Below, piece after piece: positions 12,801 to 23,600 of a stretch of 32,052 nucleotides of DNA (position 1 is the stretch's first letter; each line of letters begins with the position of its first letter). A program made the translations under genes and the position numbers. The stretch is from Reclinomonas americana ATCC 50394 (lineage: Eukaryota), in contig PS015767.1 of assembly GCA_048213135.1 (NCBI GenBank), forward strand, positions 19,920 to 51,971, written 5' to 3'. The notes beneath the pieces were generated by a model. The model was not told the DNA's origin. It saw only the letters and a list, made by a program, of their open reading frames with translations, and made no database searches.

Positions 12801-13639
12801 GCAGCGCGCTCATTCAGCACAGGATTCAGGCAGCGGCCGACATCCATCATCATCACCTGGTGCATTCGGGTTGGCCGACAACAGCGACAAGCCATTCACC
12901 CAGTCACGATGACCCGACAGGATCCGCGTCACCTGCATGTCACAGTGTCAGCAAAACCACCGCAGCTACGTGTACGTGCGTGCGTGCGGGAGGAGGCACC
13001 TTGAGCGCCATCAGATCAAACACATGCAACTCGGTATCGCGACCGGCGAGAATCAGCAGCGTCGGGCTGAGCGACATCATGTGTGTCACCGAGAAGGAGA
13101 CCACGTATGGCTCGTACGCCACACAGCTGCCGTTCTCGCGATCCCACACACTCAGACTGCCATCCAGAGACACTGCCGACGACGATGATCAGTCAGCACC
13201 ACAAGAATCGCACCCACTCTCTCGCTCGCTCAGACCTGCAGCAAACGCCGGTGCGCAGTGGTAGGTGCACGCACATACACAGGAGATGGGCGCCTCGTGA
13301 ATGCACAGCAGCGCCACAGGCTCAAACAGTGGCTGCTGAGCATGTCAGCAAACACACGCGCACACACGCACAGCGCAAGCGAGAGAGAGAGAGAGAGAGA
13401 GACGCAACGAGCACCACTGCACTGGCGGCAGCAGCAGCAGAAGCAGCAGCACGGCTGGTCATTGATGATGATTGCGGTGTTGCTGGTGTCGCATCCGCAC
13501 CACGCAAGGCCCAGAGACAACACTGCCCCGACTGCGATCCCGTCAACAGCGACTGCCCGTCCACTGAGACGCATGCGCACGACACAATGTGCAACGGCGC
13601 ACTCTCCCAGAGGGTGAACGGCAGTCGTCGCACCGACAT
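6886..13639 (-). CDS. WDR7: WDR7/WDR72 (rabconnectin-3 beta)-like WD40 protein; multi-exon, spans an assembly gap
   Basis: The N-terminus MSVRRLPFTLWESAPLHIVSCACVSVDGQSLLTGSQSGQCCLW resembles the WDR7 start. Internal segments: GHQGQVTALL...VSAGDDFVVRVWN, FCSVGQDNSVIIYSL, GGHASPIIRLYWKVEYDFLVVKC..GEVYIWQ, ILGAGFSTWQ. C-terminal segment: IVRSLDP...YPMVTFH...KVAVGCPDGSVSIFDLRT...VTAVTFSPVGQHVAIFS. Stop TGA 6888-6886. Not every internal exon was resolved. Confidence 0.82.
9964..10568. other. Assembly gap (N run) inside the WDR7-like gene
   Basis: Run of N seen directly. Confidence 1.
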
Positions 13640-13736
13640 GAGGCCAAGTGAAGGAAGGAAGGAAGGATCGATTGATTGGTCGGTGTTTAGAGCACCTATC
13701 ATCGCATCCGCGCACAACTGCGAAGATCCTCTGTCT

Positions 13737-13768
13737 GAGTGCGTGAGTGCGTGAGTGCGTGAGTGCGT
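13737..13768 (+). repeat. (GAGTGCGT)x4 tandem octamer in the divergent intergenic region
   Basis: Four perfect copies, ending 5 nt before ATG 13774. Confidence 0.9.
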
Positions 13769-13773
13769 GTTCT

Positions 13774-16500
13774 ATGAGTGGCAGGCCGATGGAGGTGGAC
13801 AGCGATGGCGGAGGCTCGGGTTCGGGTTCGACAGCGACGTCATCGTCGCGCTCAGCGCGTCGCCGAGAAAAGGTGTGCACTGTCAACCTCTGTGCCTTCG
13901 TTCTTACGGCTCACACATTCTGGCACACACACACAGATGATGGCGCTTGGCCGACTGCCGTCGTTGCCGCTGGATGAGTACGAGAGCAGCAGTCCGAGTG
14001 TCGGCAGTGCCAGCACTGCTGATGATACGCTGGCGCTGACGATTGTGCCGGCGGGCAGTCAGGCGTGGCGGCCATTCACGTTGCATGTGTCGCCGCGCGA
14101 GATGGTGCTGAGCATCAAGCAGCGGGTGGCGGCGGAGCTCATGTGGCCAGGTATGAGATGAAAGGATTGTCGTCACCAACAAGACAAGTGACGACAAAGT
14201 TGTGCGTGCAGTGTATGCGCAGCGACTGGTGGTGTTTGGGCATGTGCTGAGCGACAAGGAGTACATTGGGCCGGCGACGGAGCGTGCACGCAAGGTCATG
14301 CGCGGTCGCAAGTTCTTTGTCAGTGTGGTGCCTACGGGTGAGTGACGGGCGCTGCTTTTCTTTTCTTACCAAGTGCATGCTGATGATATGCTGTTGTTGC
14401 AGTGGCCGTCAACAAGCTGTGGTCGAAGAACGACGAGGAGAGCTCAGTTGTCCCTGGGTCGCGCACCGGAGCGACAGCGATTCGACTCGGGCAACATCGC
14501 GTGGTCGTGTTTGGCGGTGGTGTGTCGCTGTCCGTCTGCGTGTCGGCCATCACACCTCCCTCACACTCGCACTGCAGGCCTTCAAGGCGGATACACGGAT
14601 CGCACAACTCTGTTTGATTCGCGAACACTGGAGGTTGTGGTGTCACGTGTGTGATCACCTCGAGGTCGTTTTGTGACCCGTCTGTGTATGCCTGTGCAGT
14701 GGACTGACCTGGTGACGCGTGGCGAGAAGCCTCCAGCTCGTGCCGCTCACTGTGCGTTCACCTATGCCGGACACATGTACATTTACGGCGGACGCGCGCG
14801 TGATCGCTACTTCAACGACTTGTATCAGCTGGATTTGTTGCGTTCCCGTGGCCTCTGCTCGTGCTCTTGTCGTACGTACATTGACGTGTGCATGCATACT
14901 CGCAGGGACACCAATACGTGGAGTCGTGTGCCGACCAGTGGCGCGCATCCGCCTCCCGGAGCCGGTGTGGTATGTCCTCATTCACTGGTAACAACACGCT
15001 CAAACTCTCGACTGATTGTGGGAATCGGCGGCAGGCCTCGGCACTCCTCGGCGATCGCTTCTTTGTGTACGGTGGCTACGATAAGAGCCACAACACGATG
15101 CAAGAGATGCATTCTCTCAGTTGCGGCTGTTCTTGAGTGGGCGCACAGTTGGGCACAATCGTTCTCACTCCCACTGCACCTCTGTCCTCTGCAGACATGA
15201 GTGCGTTTTACCTGCAAACGTGATCAAGCTTCATTACGTACTCTGCCTTACCTCCTTACCCCCTTCGTGTTTGTTGCAGACACGATGATTTGGGTCAAGG
15301 TCAAGTTGACGGCCGAGCCCGGAGTGCAATCACCCGGCAAGCTCGCCGGCGCCACGTGCGTCACTCGTGTGAATTCGAAGAGTAGCGTGCTCACGATTGG
15401 CAGTCGCTAAATTGCAGCTCACACAATGCAGCCTCACGGCCTGGGGCGACTTCCTCATTCTCTTTGGCGGGCTCGGAGTGACATTTGAGAGTGCGGTGTA
15501 CGTGCTGAACACGCTGATTCTGCGCTGGGTTCGCGCAAAGGCCACCTCTGTTGCGTTCATCGATAGTGTGTAGATGTGTGCGCGTGCGCCGGATTCTACT
15601 CATCGCTTGACGACACAGGGCGACGTGCCGAGTGGGCGCGCCTTCCACTGCGCGCAGCTTGTCGGTGGTCACTTGCTGATTCACGGTGGGAGGAGCAACA
15701 CGACGTATTTCGCCGACTTTTTCTGCCTCCGACTACGTGCGTGATGGATGATGTGGCTTCAACGCAGTCCTCGCTCACTCACTCACTCGTATGCGCGTGC
15801 AGGTGACATGACGTGGAAGCGGCCGCATCTGTATTCAGTTGGCGACTTGTCCGATCGGGTGACACAGTACGGACGACAGCTGGTGCGTGGCTCGCTGCTC
15901 CTCGGTCGCGCCGGCCACATCATGGTACGCCTGTTACCTTCAGTTCTACAATCCGTGCGCTGGTTGGGTGAGATGGTCACACCGTTTCTTGGGCGACCGC
16001 AGATCCGCATCGCGTGCGCCGAGGAAATGGTGATGGAGAACGGTGGCACCCCGGTGGAGAATGGTGCCGACGATGATGACGGTGATGATGCCGCCAATGG
16101 TGCGACAGGAGAGCTGCCGCTGATGGGCGACGGTGACGAGGATGAAGACGGAGCGTCATCGTCCGGAGCTGCACGAAACGCAGCGGGCGAAACGACTCGC
16201 GCGGTGGTCGCAGCCGCTGTCTCCAGAGGTGTGTGGGCGTGCGTGCATACAGTCCACACCTATCTATCGCCTGCGGGAGTGAGACTGATCGTCTTCTCTA
16301 TTTCTCTGCCTGGTACAGCATCGTCGCTGTCTGGCGGTCTGACACGCGGCGCCAACCAGCTGTTCATCTACGGAGGCGACTGCGAGACACAAATCTTCCA
16401 CGACACGACGTTGCGTGGTGGTGCACGCTGCTGACCGTTGTCGCCAATGTGCCACTGACTGGTCTCACACAGCGTGCTTGACACGTTCTTCGACCCATGA
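13774..16500 (+). CDS. Kelch-repeat (KLHDC/RABEPK-type) beta-propeller protein with N-terminal ubiquitin-like domain; multi-exon
   Basis: Starts MSGRPMEVDS...REK|MMALG. UBL-like segment: FTLHVSPREMVLSIKQRVAAELMWP|VYAQRLVVFGHVLSD. Kelch blades: RTGATA...VVVFGG, PPARAAHCAFTYAGHMYIYGG...FNDLYQLDL, FFVYGG, FLILFGG, PSGRAFHCAQLVGGHLLIHGG, RAGH...LFIYGG. Ends VLDTFFDP* at TGA 16498-16500. Confidence 0.85.
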
Positions 16501-16553
16501 CACACAGCAAGATTACCCCTCACATAAAGTAACAGGAGCACGCTTTTGTTTTT

Positions 16554-19500
16554 CTATTCCAACGCGTCTAGGTCGATGGCGGGTCTAATCGTCTGCAGCA
16601 ACTGTTGCAGCTCCTCCGAACCGGGTGCCAGCTCCAGTCCACGCGTCACATCTGCGCCAAGAATGAGTGACGACGTCGAGCGTCTCTTTGGATGTGGATT
16701 CATCATGCACTCACCAGAGAGCGCATCCGTCAAGTAGCCCAGCTTCTCCAGGCAACAGGCGCGTCTGTAGATGGCCTTGACATACTTGGGATCCTGCAGC
16801 AGTGCCAAGTTGCAGTATTGCAGTGCGCGGTCATACGCTTTCTGCGGGGACACAACGCGCCAACAGCTCAGCTCGCGCCACACACAAATGCCCATTAGCT
16901 CTGGTTCGTCTCGTCACGCAACGAGTTGGAAGAAGCAGAGGGAGCGGTTGTTTTGGCAGAACTTGCGGTTCTCGTCGCCTGGTGGCAGCCACCGGATGGC
17001 GTCGGTGTAGTGTTGAATGGCCAGCTCAAAGTCCTTGGTCTTGTAGGCCTTGGAGCCCTCCTCTTTCAGGAACAGACCCTTGTTCTGCGATCGAGGCAGT
17101 GTCAGCACGGATGGACACACGCACCACACACTGTCTGTCACAACAGACCAAATCCGGCTTGTCGAGTGCGTAGCGTTCGACGCTGGGCGTTCCCGGCACC
17201 GGGTGTGCGTCCTCTGTCGTCGTCACATGCCACAGGTAAGCAACCGCGTAACCGCACACCAGCACGCAAACACCGACGAACCGAGTTGCTTGTAGATGAT
17301 GCCGCACATGGTGGCGACAATCTCATCACCGGCGTGCAGCTCCTCAATCTTGTCGAGCACGTGCAGAATCGGCAGCTTCAACACAAAACTCTCGTCCAGC
17401 GGACAGAACTGGAGGGTGAGGTGCAGCAGGTTGAGGCACTTTTTGCAAAACTCGATTCGATCCTCGGCCCAGTCCAGGTTGCGCACGAGGTATTCGATGA
17501 ATCGAGATGTGCACAGGAAACGGATCACTTTCTGGCCCTCGTGATCCTGGTCAATCATAATGTGCAGCAGGTCGAGCAACAACTCCAAGAACTCGGCATG
17601 GATGACCTGCGATCGCGAATCAGACAGACACGCACAAAGAGGCAGCAGCACGGACTGTGACCAGACCTCTTCTGCTTCGGCCTCCTCCAATTCGTCGGGA
17701 TGATAGTTCTCCTCGCGCAGCTCGTCCTCGCAGTAGTCGATCACCATGGTGCCCGTGTCGAGGAGCGTGATCAGATGCTCGCCGCCCTTCTCCTCCAACA
17801 GGAACCGTGTGGCCAACGCCGTGTCGTAGGTGGCCAGACACACCACACTCTCCAGCAGGCGCACTTGAAGCTCCATGGGGACCTGATTCGCACAGGGCTG
17901 ATGAGGAGACGCACAAAAAACAGGTCATGCAATTCCCACGCAACTTGCTCTCTCCACGCGCCCACCAGTGCGTCGGCAATACCCGCCTCAAACAACCGGG
18001 CAGCCATCTCCCCCACTTCCTCTGGCGTGCAGTCGCCCACAGCCCACGCACAGTTGTGCAAAATGTCGGCCATGATGGTAATCAGACCGAGGGGGGCTTC
18101 TGTGGCCAGTCGGAAGATGCAGCGCAACAGTCCACTCTGCAGCGCCCGTCGCAGCATGGCACCACCCAGGCCGTACGTGCTCTCCGCCGGCGACACGGCC
18201 TCGGCCTCCACCCGCGTCAGTATGTCAACCAGACGCAACAGAGCCGCCAGCGTGTCGTCCACACCGTCGCGTGGCACACCTGCCGACAGACAACACAACA
18301 TCGTCAGCTCCTCGAATATAAACCCCAACAGAAAGCGCAGGCACTCAACTGTACGACAGCGTCGTGTTCTCCCGCACCGAAGTCAGCGTCATCACACCGG
18401 CACTGCCGCTGCTCGATGCCGGCAACTCGGCGACTGCAGTAGTAGGGGCTAGTTGTGGGGCCGCCGTCAGCGCTGGTGGCGAAGCGATGGCACCACCGGC
18501 GTGCACGCCACCGTGTCGTCCATTTGCATGCGTGTGCGCCAGGTGTTGCGTTTGCTCCTGCAGCAGAGACACCAATTTGGCCGCGATCGACTGATTCTCC
18601 AGCATGCCGAGTCGCAGCTGCTGGAAGAACGGATTCTCGAGTTCCTCTTCGTGCGCATACTCGAGCATGGCACAGAGGCAGGCCAGGATCGGGAATGTGT
18701 GCTGCAGCGCGCACGCAAAGTCAGTCGACCGAAACATAAAGACGACCATTCTGGTCTCACCGTGGGATTGGTGTTTGTGAGAAAGAACTCGACCACGTGC
18801 TTGTAGTTGTAGGCGATGAACGAGACGCGCACTTCGCCGACCATGACCTTTGACAAGTTGGTGAGTGCTGACAAGGCATCCTCGCACAGATTGGCCACCG
18901 ACGTGCGACCGCCGAGCCGCAGCAGATCGGTGACAAACGTGCACAGGCGGTTCTGCGCAAACGTGCCAAAGTCGCTCACGCGAAAGTTGACCGTCTCTGC
19001 GCGCGTAGCTCGTCGTCAGTGCACCGTACCAACGAAGCTGCACACACAAAGACAAACACACAAACCAGCATAGTCCGACGACTGCGCGCTGCAGAACCTG
19101 GCAAACGCCAGCGTCATTGTGTTGTAGATATCGAGCACACGACGCGTGAGCTCAATGCTCTCGCCCGACACGGCCATGGTGAAGAGCAGGCTGGAGCACT
19201 CGTCGGTCATGAAAAAGTTGCCGAGATTGACATCGCGCCGCAGCAACTCCTTCAACGACACAAACACATCGACAATGTGCGCATCACGCTGCTCCGCTGC
19301 GCGCGAGCCAGGTGGCGCACTGGGCACCGGCAGTGACGACGACGATGAGGCGGCAAGAGCGGCAGTGGTGGCCGCCGCAATCGTCGCAGCCGGGCTGTTG
19401 GCCGCCGCAATGGCTGCGACAGCTGCTGCCGCACTGGCGGTGGCTGAGCGGGGGAGGAGGCCGCGCAGAACTGCAAGCAGCTTGTGTGGTCGCTTCGGTA

Positions 19501-19653
19501 GCGACTGACAACAGGTGGAGAGCGCGCGGATGCTGTAGAGAGAGAGAGTGAGTCTGTGTGCGTGTGTGACAGAGAGTTGTGCATGCCCTTTTGTGCTCAC
19601 GTCTTGGGGTTGCGCGGCTTGTCGTCGCGTCGTTTGAACTCGAGCACGTCCAT
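16554..19653 (-). CDS. Alpha-helical (ARM/HEAT-like) protein with C-terminal 3-TPR co-chaperone-type domain; multi-exon
   Basis: ATG at 19653 gives MDVLEFKRRDDKPRNPKT|IRALST..., followed by Leu-rich amphipathic exons. TPR domain: LKEEGSKAYKTKDFELAIQHYTDAI...NNRSLCFFQL|KAYDRALQYCNLALLQDPKYVKAIYRRACCLEKLGYLTDALS|DVTRGLELAP. Stop TAG 16556-16554. All junctions are GT-AG and in frame. Confidence 0.8.
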
Positions 19654-19702
19654 CGCGCGCGTGTAGTGTGTGGTGACAACTCAAATCCTGCAGGACTTTC
19701 TT

Positions 19703-20608
19703 ATGGTGTGCGTCGCGCGCACTGCACACTTCCCGCCCGCCCGCTTGCACTCACACTGGCTGCGCAGCTTCGCTTGACACGGGTGTGCCTGGGCGGAGGA
19801 TGGCGCGAGTGGTTTCGTCGCACGATGGAAGATGCAGTGCGCTCACCGCGTCATCCGCACGTGTTTGGTGGCCTCTCCGAGGTCGAGTTTGAGCGAATGG
19901 CATTGATGCCACGCGAGGAGATTGTCGGCAAGGAGTACGCATCGTTTGAGGTGCGCACGGACACGCACACTCTCTCCCTCTGCATCCCTCTTCCCTCACC
20001 TGCATCGGCAGCATTTCAAGAAGCGCTTCCCGTCGTACTCACTGGACGAGTCGCTGCCGTTGCCGCCAGAGCGCGTGGAGATTGAAGAGTGTGATGAGCA
20101 AAGAGGAGGAGTAATGGAGCGGCGATCGGTGCTGTTGGTGTTGCCGGCGTCGCAGGTGCTGCAGATTCAGCATGTGCTGGAGAGGGAGCCGGGTGTGAGC
20201 GTGGCAGAGCTGGCGCGACGTTTCAGTGTGGCCACTGATCACATGCAGTCGGTTCGTGGCGTCGTGCTTACAACAATCGGGTGTTGTCGTGCTGAGTGCG
20301 GAGCCGATTAGATTCTGGATGAGGGCGCTTGGCGACATGCAGTGCACAGCTTCTCGTGGAGGTACTTTGAGACGCCGGAGGCCGAGGCGCTGCTACGTTC
20401 CGTGCATCATCCGGACTTTGACGAGAATCCCGAGTTCTGGAGTCGAAAACAGGCGGAGGAGCCGGAGGAGACGCACGCGGCCATGGCCGATAAGTACGCT
20501 GCGGCCGAGGAGGAGCAATTACGTGCCAAGCAGCAGCAGGTGGATTCCATGCGGCACCCAATGGAGGATGAGCCGATCACGCCGTTTGGAGCGGGCAGAC
20601 CATCATAG
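19703..20608 (+). CDS. Small hypothetical protein with mitochondrial-presequence-like N-terminus and an HTH-like segment (weak Neugrin/Rrg9 resemblance)
   Basis: ATG 19703-19705, intron 19706-19767, then LRLTRVCLGGGWREWFRRTMEDAVRSPRH. Internal QVLQIQHVLEREPGVSVAELARRFSVATDHMQS|ILDEGAW. Ends PFGAGRPS* at TAG 20606-20608. An alternative start exists at the downstream ATG (~19824). Confidence 0.6.
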
Positions 20609-20655
20609 TTGTCTCGTCGCAATACAACAACATTGTACATTGTTTCTCAATTTTT

Positions 20656-23600
20656 TCAGGCCTCCTCGCGGCTCTTGAACGCCAGGTACGCGGCTTGAAT
20701 TCTCTCGCCGGCGAGCTGCTCACGCTTAGTGAGACGCCGTGGTGGCGGTGACATTAGTGACGGTGAGCGCTGCGATGCGGAGGCAGTGGCTGGAGTGGTC
20801 GCTGTTGGTGGTGCATTGTCCACATTATCAACATCGATCGCCGCGGGCGACGACGGAGCCGCCGTCTTCTCCACATTGGGTTTGGTGGCCACAGCAGTGC
20901 GCGGGCTGTTGGACTTGGAGCCAGTGGGTGTGCCTGACTTGGAGCCCGACGGGGTGGCCGACTTGGAGGTCGGAGGCGTCGCGGGTTTCGAGCCTGCCGG
21001 TGTCGGAGGCTTCGGGGCGCTCCGTGGCGTTCCTGCCTTGGACGCTGTCGGTGTGGCAGCCTTGGATGCCACCGGTGTAGCGGTCTTGGAGTTCGACGGC
21101 GTGCCGGATTTCGAGCCGGCTGGTGGCTTCTGACCACGCCCGGAAGAAGGCGGTGAAGTGAGGCTTGCGGACGACGTCTCGTGGGCGATGTCATGCAGCG
21201 GCGCCGGCCGAGTGGGAGTGATCTGCGAACGAGTGAGACATGCTGCACTGCACAGGTGTACGGCAGGCATCGTTTACCTCCTCGACTGAGTCTTCGTGAG
21301 CCGCTGCGGATTGCAATGAAGCCGGCGATTTGTCGACTGGTTCCACAGGCGCAGCAAAACTCTGCTGTTGCGGAGGAGACTGCTCATAGCGCGCGCACAC
21401 ACACAAACACACAGAGATGAGAACTTGCAATGTGCACAAGTCAGCACAGATGATTTCACCTTGATTTCCACCGGCGATCGGCCACTGGATCGCGCGCTGC
21501 CATTGCTGCTGCCGCCACCCGTCGCAGTCTGCAACACACATAGTGTAAGCGGGTGTTCGTGTAGACAACGAGTGGAACCCGCTGCAGCTCACCAAATCGT
21601 CGGAGTTGCGTCGTACACTTGCCAGCTGCAGGGCCGCACCGATGCGTTCGGCTGCCGCACGTTCTCGTGGCGTCATTCGTCGAGCCGGCGGCTGCAACAC
21701 ACCGATGAGCGAAAGCGAGGAGCACGAGATATGTGGAGAGAGGAGACACACCGACATCATTGGCGACGACGCATTCGGCAATGGAGACTGCGCAGAAAGG
21801 ACCAACAAATGATCAGCATAACGAAGGCAAGAGCGATTGCGTGGCTCTCCGAGTCAATGCCCACCGTAATTTCAGTTGCTACCTTGCGCGCCTCCTCAGC
21901 CGCCTCCTCCGCAGCCTTGCGAGCAGCCTCAGCTTCAGCGGCAGCAGCCTTGCGTGCTGCTTCTGCTTGTTCCTCTGCAGCCTTGCGAGCAGCCTCAGCT
22001 TCTGCCTCCGCGGCCTTGCGTGCTGCTTCAGCTTTTTCCTCTGCGGCCTTGCGAGCAGCCTCAGCTTCTGCCTCCGCGGCCTTGCGTGCTGCTTCAGCTT
22101 GTTCCTCTGCGGCCTTCCGCGCCGCCTCAGCCTGTTCCTCTGCAGCCTTGCGCGCCGCCTCGGCTTCAGCCTCCGCGGCCTTGCGTGCTGCTTCAGCCTT
22201 TTCCTCGGCGGCTTTCCGCGCTGCCTCTGCTTCTGCTTCCGCAGCCTTGCGAGCAGCCTCGGCTAGTTCCTCAGCGACCTTGCGCGCCGCCTCGGCTTCA
22301 GCAGCAGCAGCCTTGCGTGCTGCTTCAGCCTTTTCCTCCGCAGCCCTCCGCGCTGCCTCTGCTTCTGCCTCCGCGGCCTTGCGCGTTGCCTCTGCTTCAG
22401 CCTCTGCAGCCTTGCGAGCAGCTTCCGCCTCTGCCTCCGCGGCCTTGCGCGCCGCTTCTGCCTCTGCCACCGCGGCCTTGCGTGCTGCCTCGGCCTGCTC
22501 CTCTGCAGCCTTGCGCGCAGCTTCAGCTTCCGCTTCCACAGCCTTGCGCGCCGCTTCCGCCTCTTCTTCAGCGGCCTTGCGCGCAGCTTCGGCTTCTGCC
22601 ACCGCGTCCTTGCGCGCTGCCTCGGCCTGCTCCTCTGCAGCCTTGCGCGCTGCCTCCGCCTCAGCTACAGCTGCCTTGCGAACCGCCTCGGCTTCCTCCT
22701 CAGCGGCCTTGTGAGCCGCCTCAGCCTCCTCCGTCGCGACTTCGCGAGCCGCCTCGACCGCTGCTGCTACTCTGGCCTCCTCCTCAGCGGCCCGTTGGCG
22801 TCGCTGCTGAATCTCTGCGAGTTTTGCCTGCTGCACCGAGCGGACAATATCCTCGGTGATCGCCTGACGCATGGCCGCGCGACGCTGTCGAATAGCCGCC
22901 GCTTTCTCCTCCTGCACCGCACGTACAGCGTCCACGGCTGCCTGGTGACGGTCGTCGTCCTTGGCGTCGCCGTCTTCGTGCCGACGCTGGGGTCACACAT
23001 CAATTAGGGTGAGGCGACGAAAAGAAAATGCTGATGAATACTAGGAGGACGCACCGCTGATGCTTGCCGTTGTTGCTCTTCCACAACAAACAGTGGAACG
23101 GGAGGCGACACGCGATCGACTTCGATTGCCAAGTTCTGTGACACACACACAGACAAATGAGAACGACAATCACGGGCATGCGGCACACACACACACAATC
23201 GCACACACCATTGGTTCCTCCAGCGTGAGATCAGAGAAGCTGTCGTTCGTGGTGTCGTTCTTACCGCGGCCGGCCGCAGATGCCGGCGACAGGAGCGTAG
23301 CAGGAGAGACTGGAGCCGACGACGCGGGCACCGCCGCCGAACTCGCTGGCTCCTCCACGCCGTGCACATCGCCACTCTCCCCAATCGACTCGAACTCTTC
23401 CTCGAAAAGCCCATGGCCCGAGGCCTCAGCTGGCGGCAGCGACTCGGGTGGACCCTGTGGCGGCGCCTCCACGAACATTTCGTGGCTACGCACGTCGCCC
23501 ATGACATGAGTCATTTGCCGTGGCTTGGACGATGCTTCGGGAGCAGCGCTGTGCGACGGTGCAGCAGCTGCCTTTGGCGCAGTGGAGCGAACGGCTGTGC

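Noticed and set aside
21368-22859. Long plus-strand ORFs (448 aa, 327 aa)
   Set aside because: They are antisense shadows of the 33-nt coding repeat.
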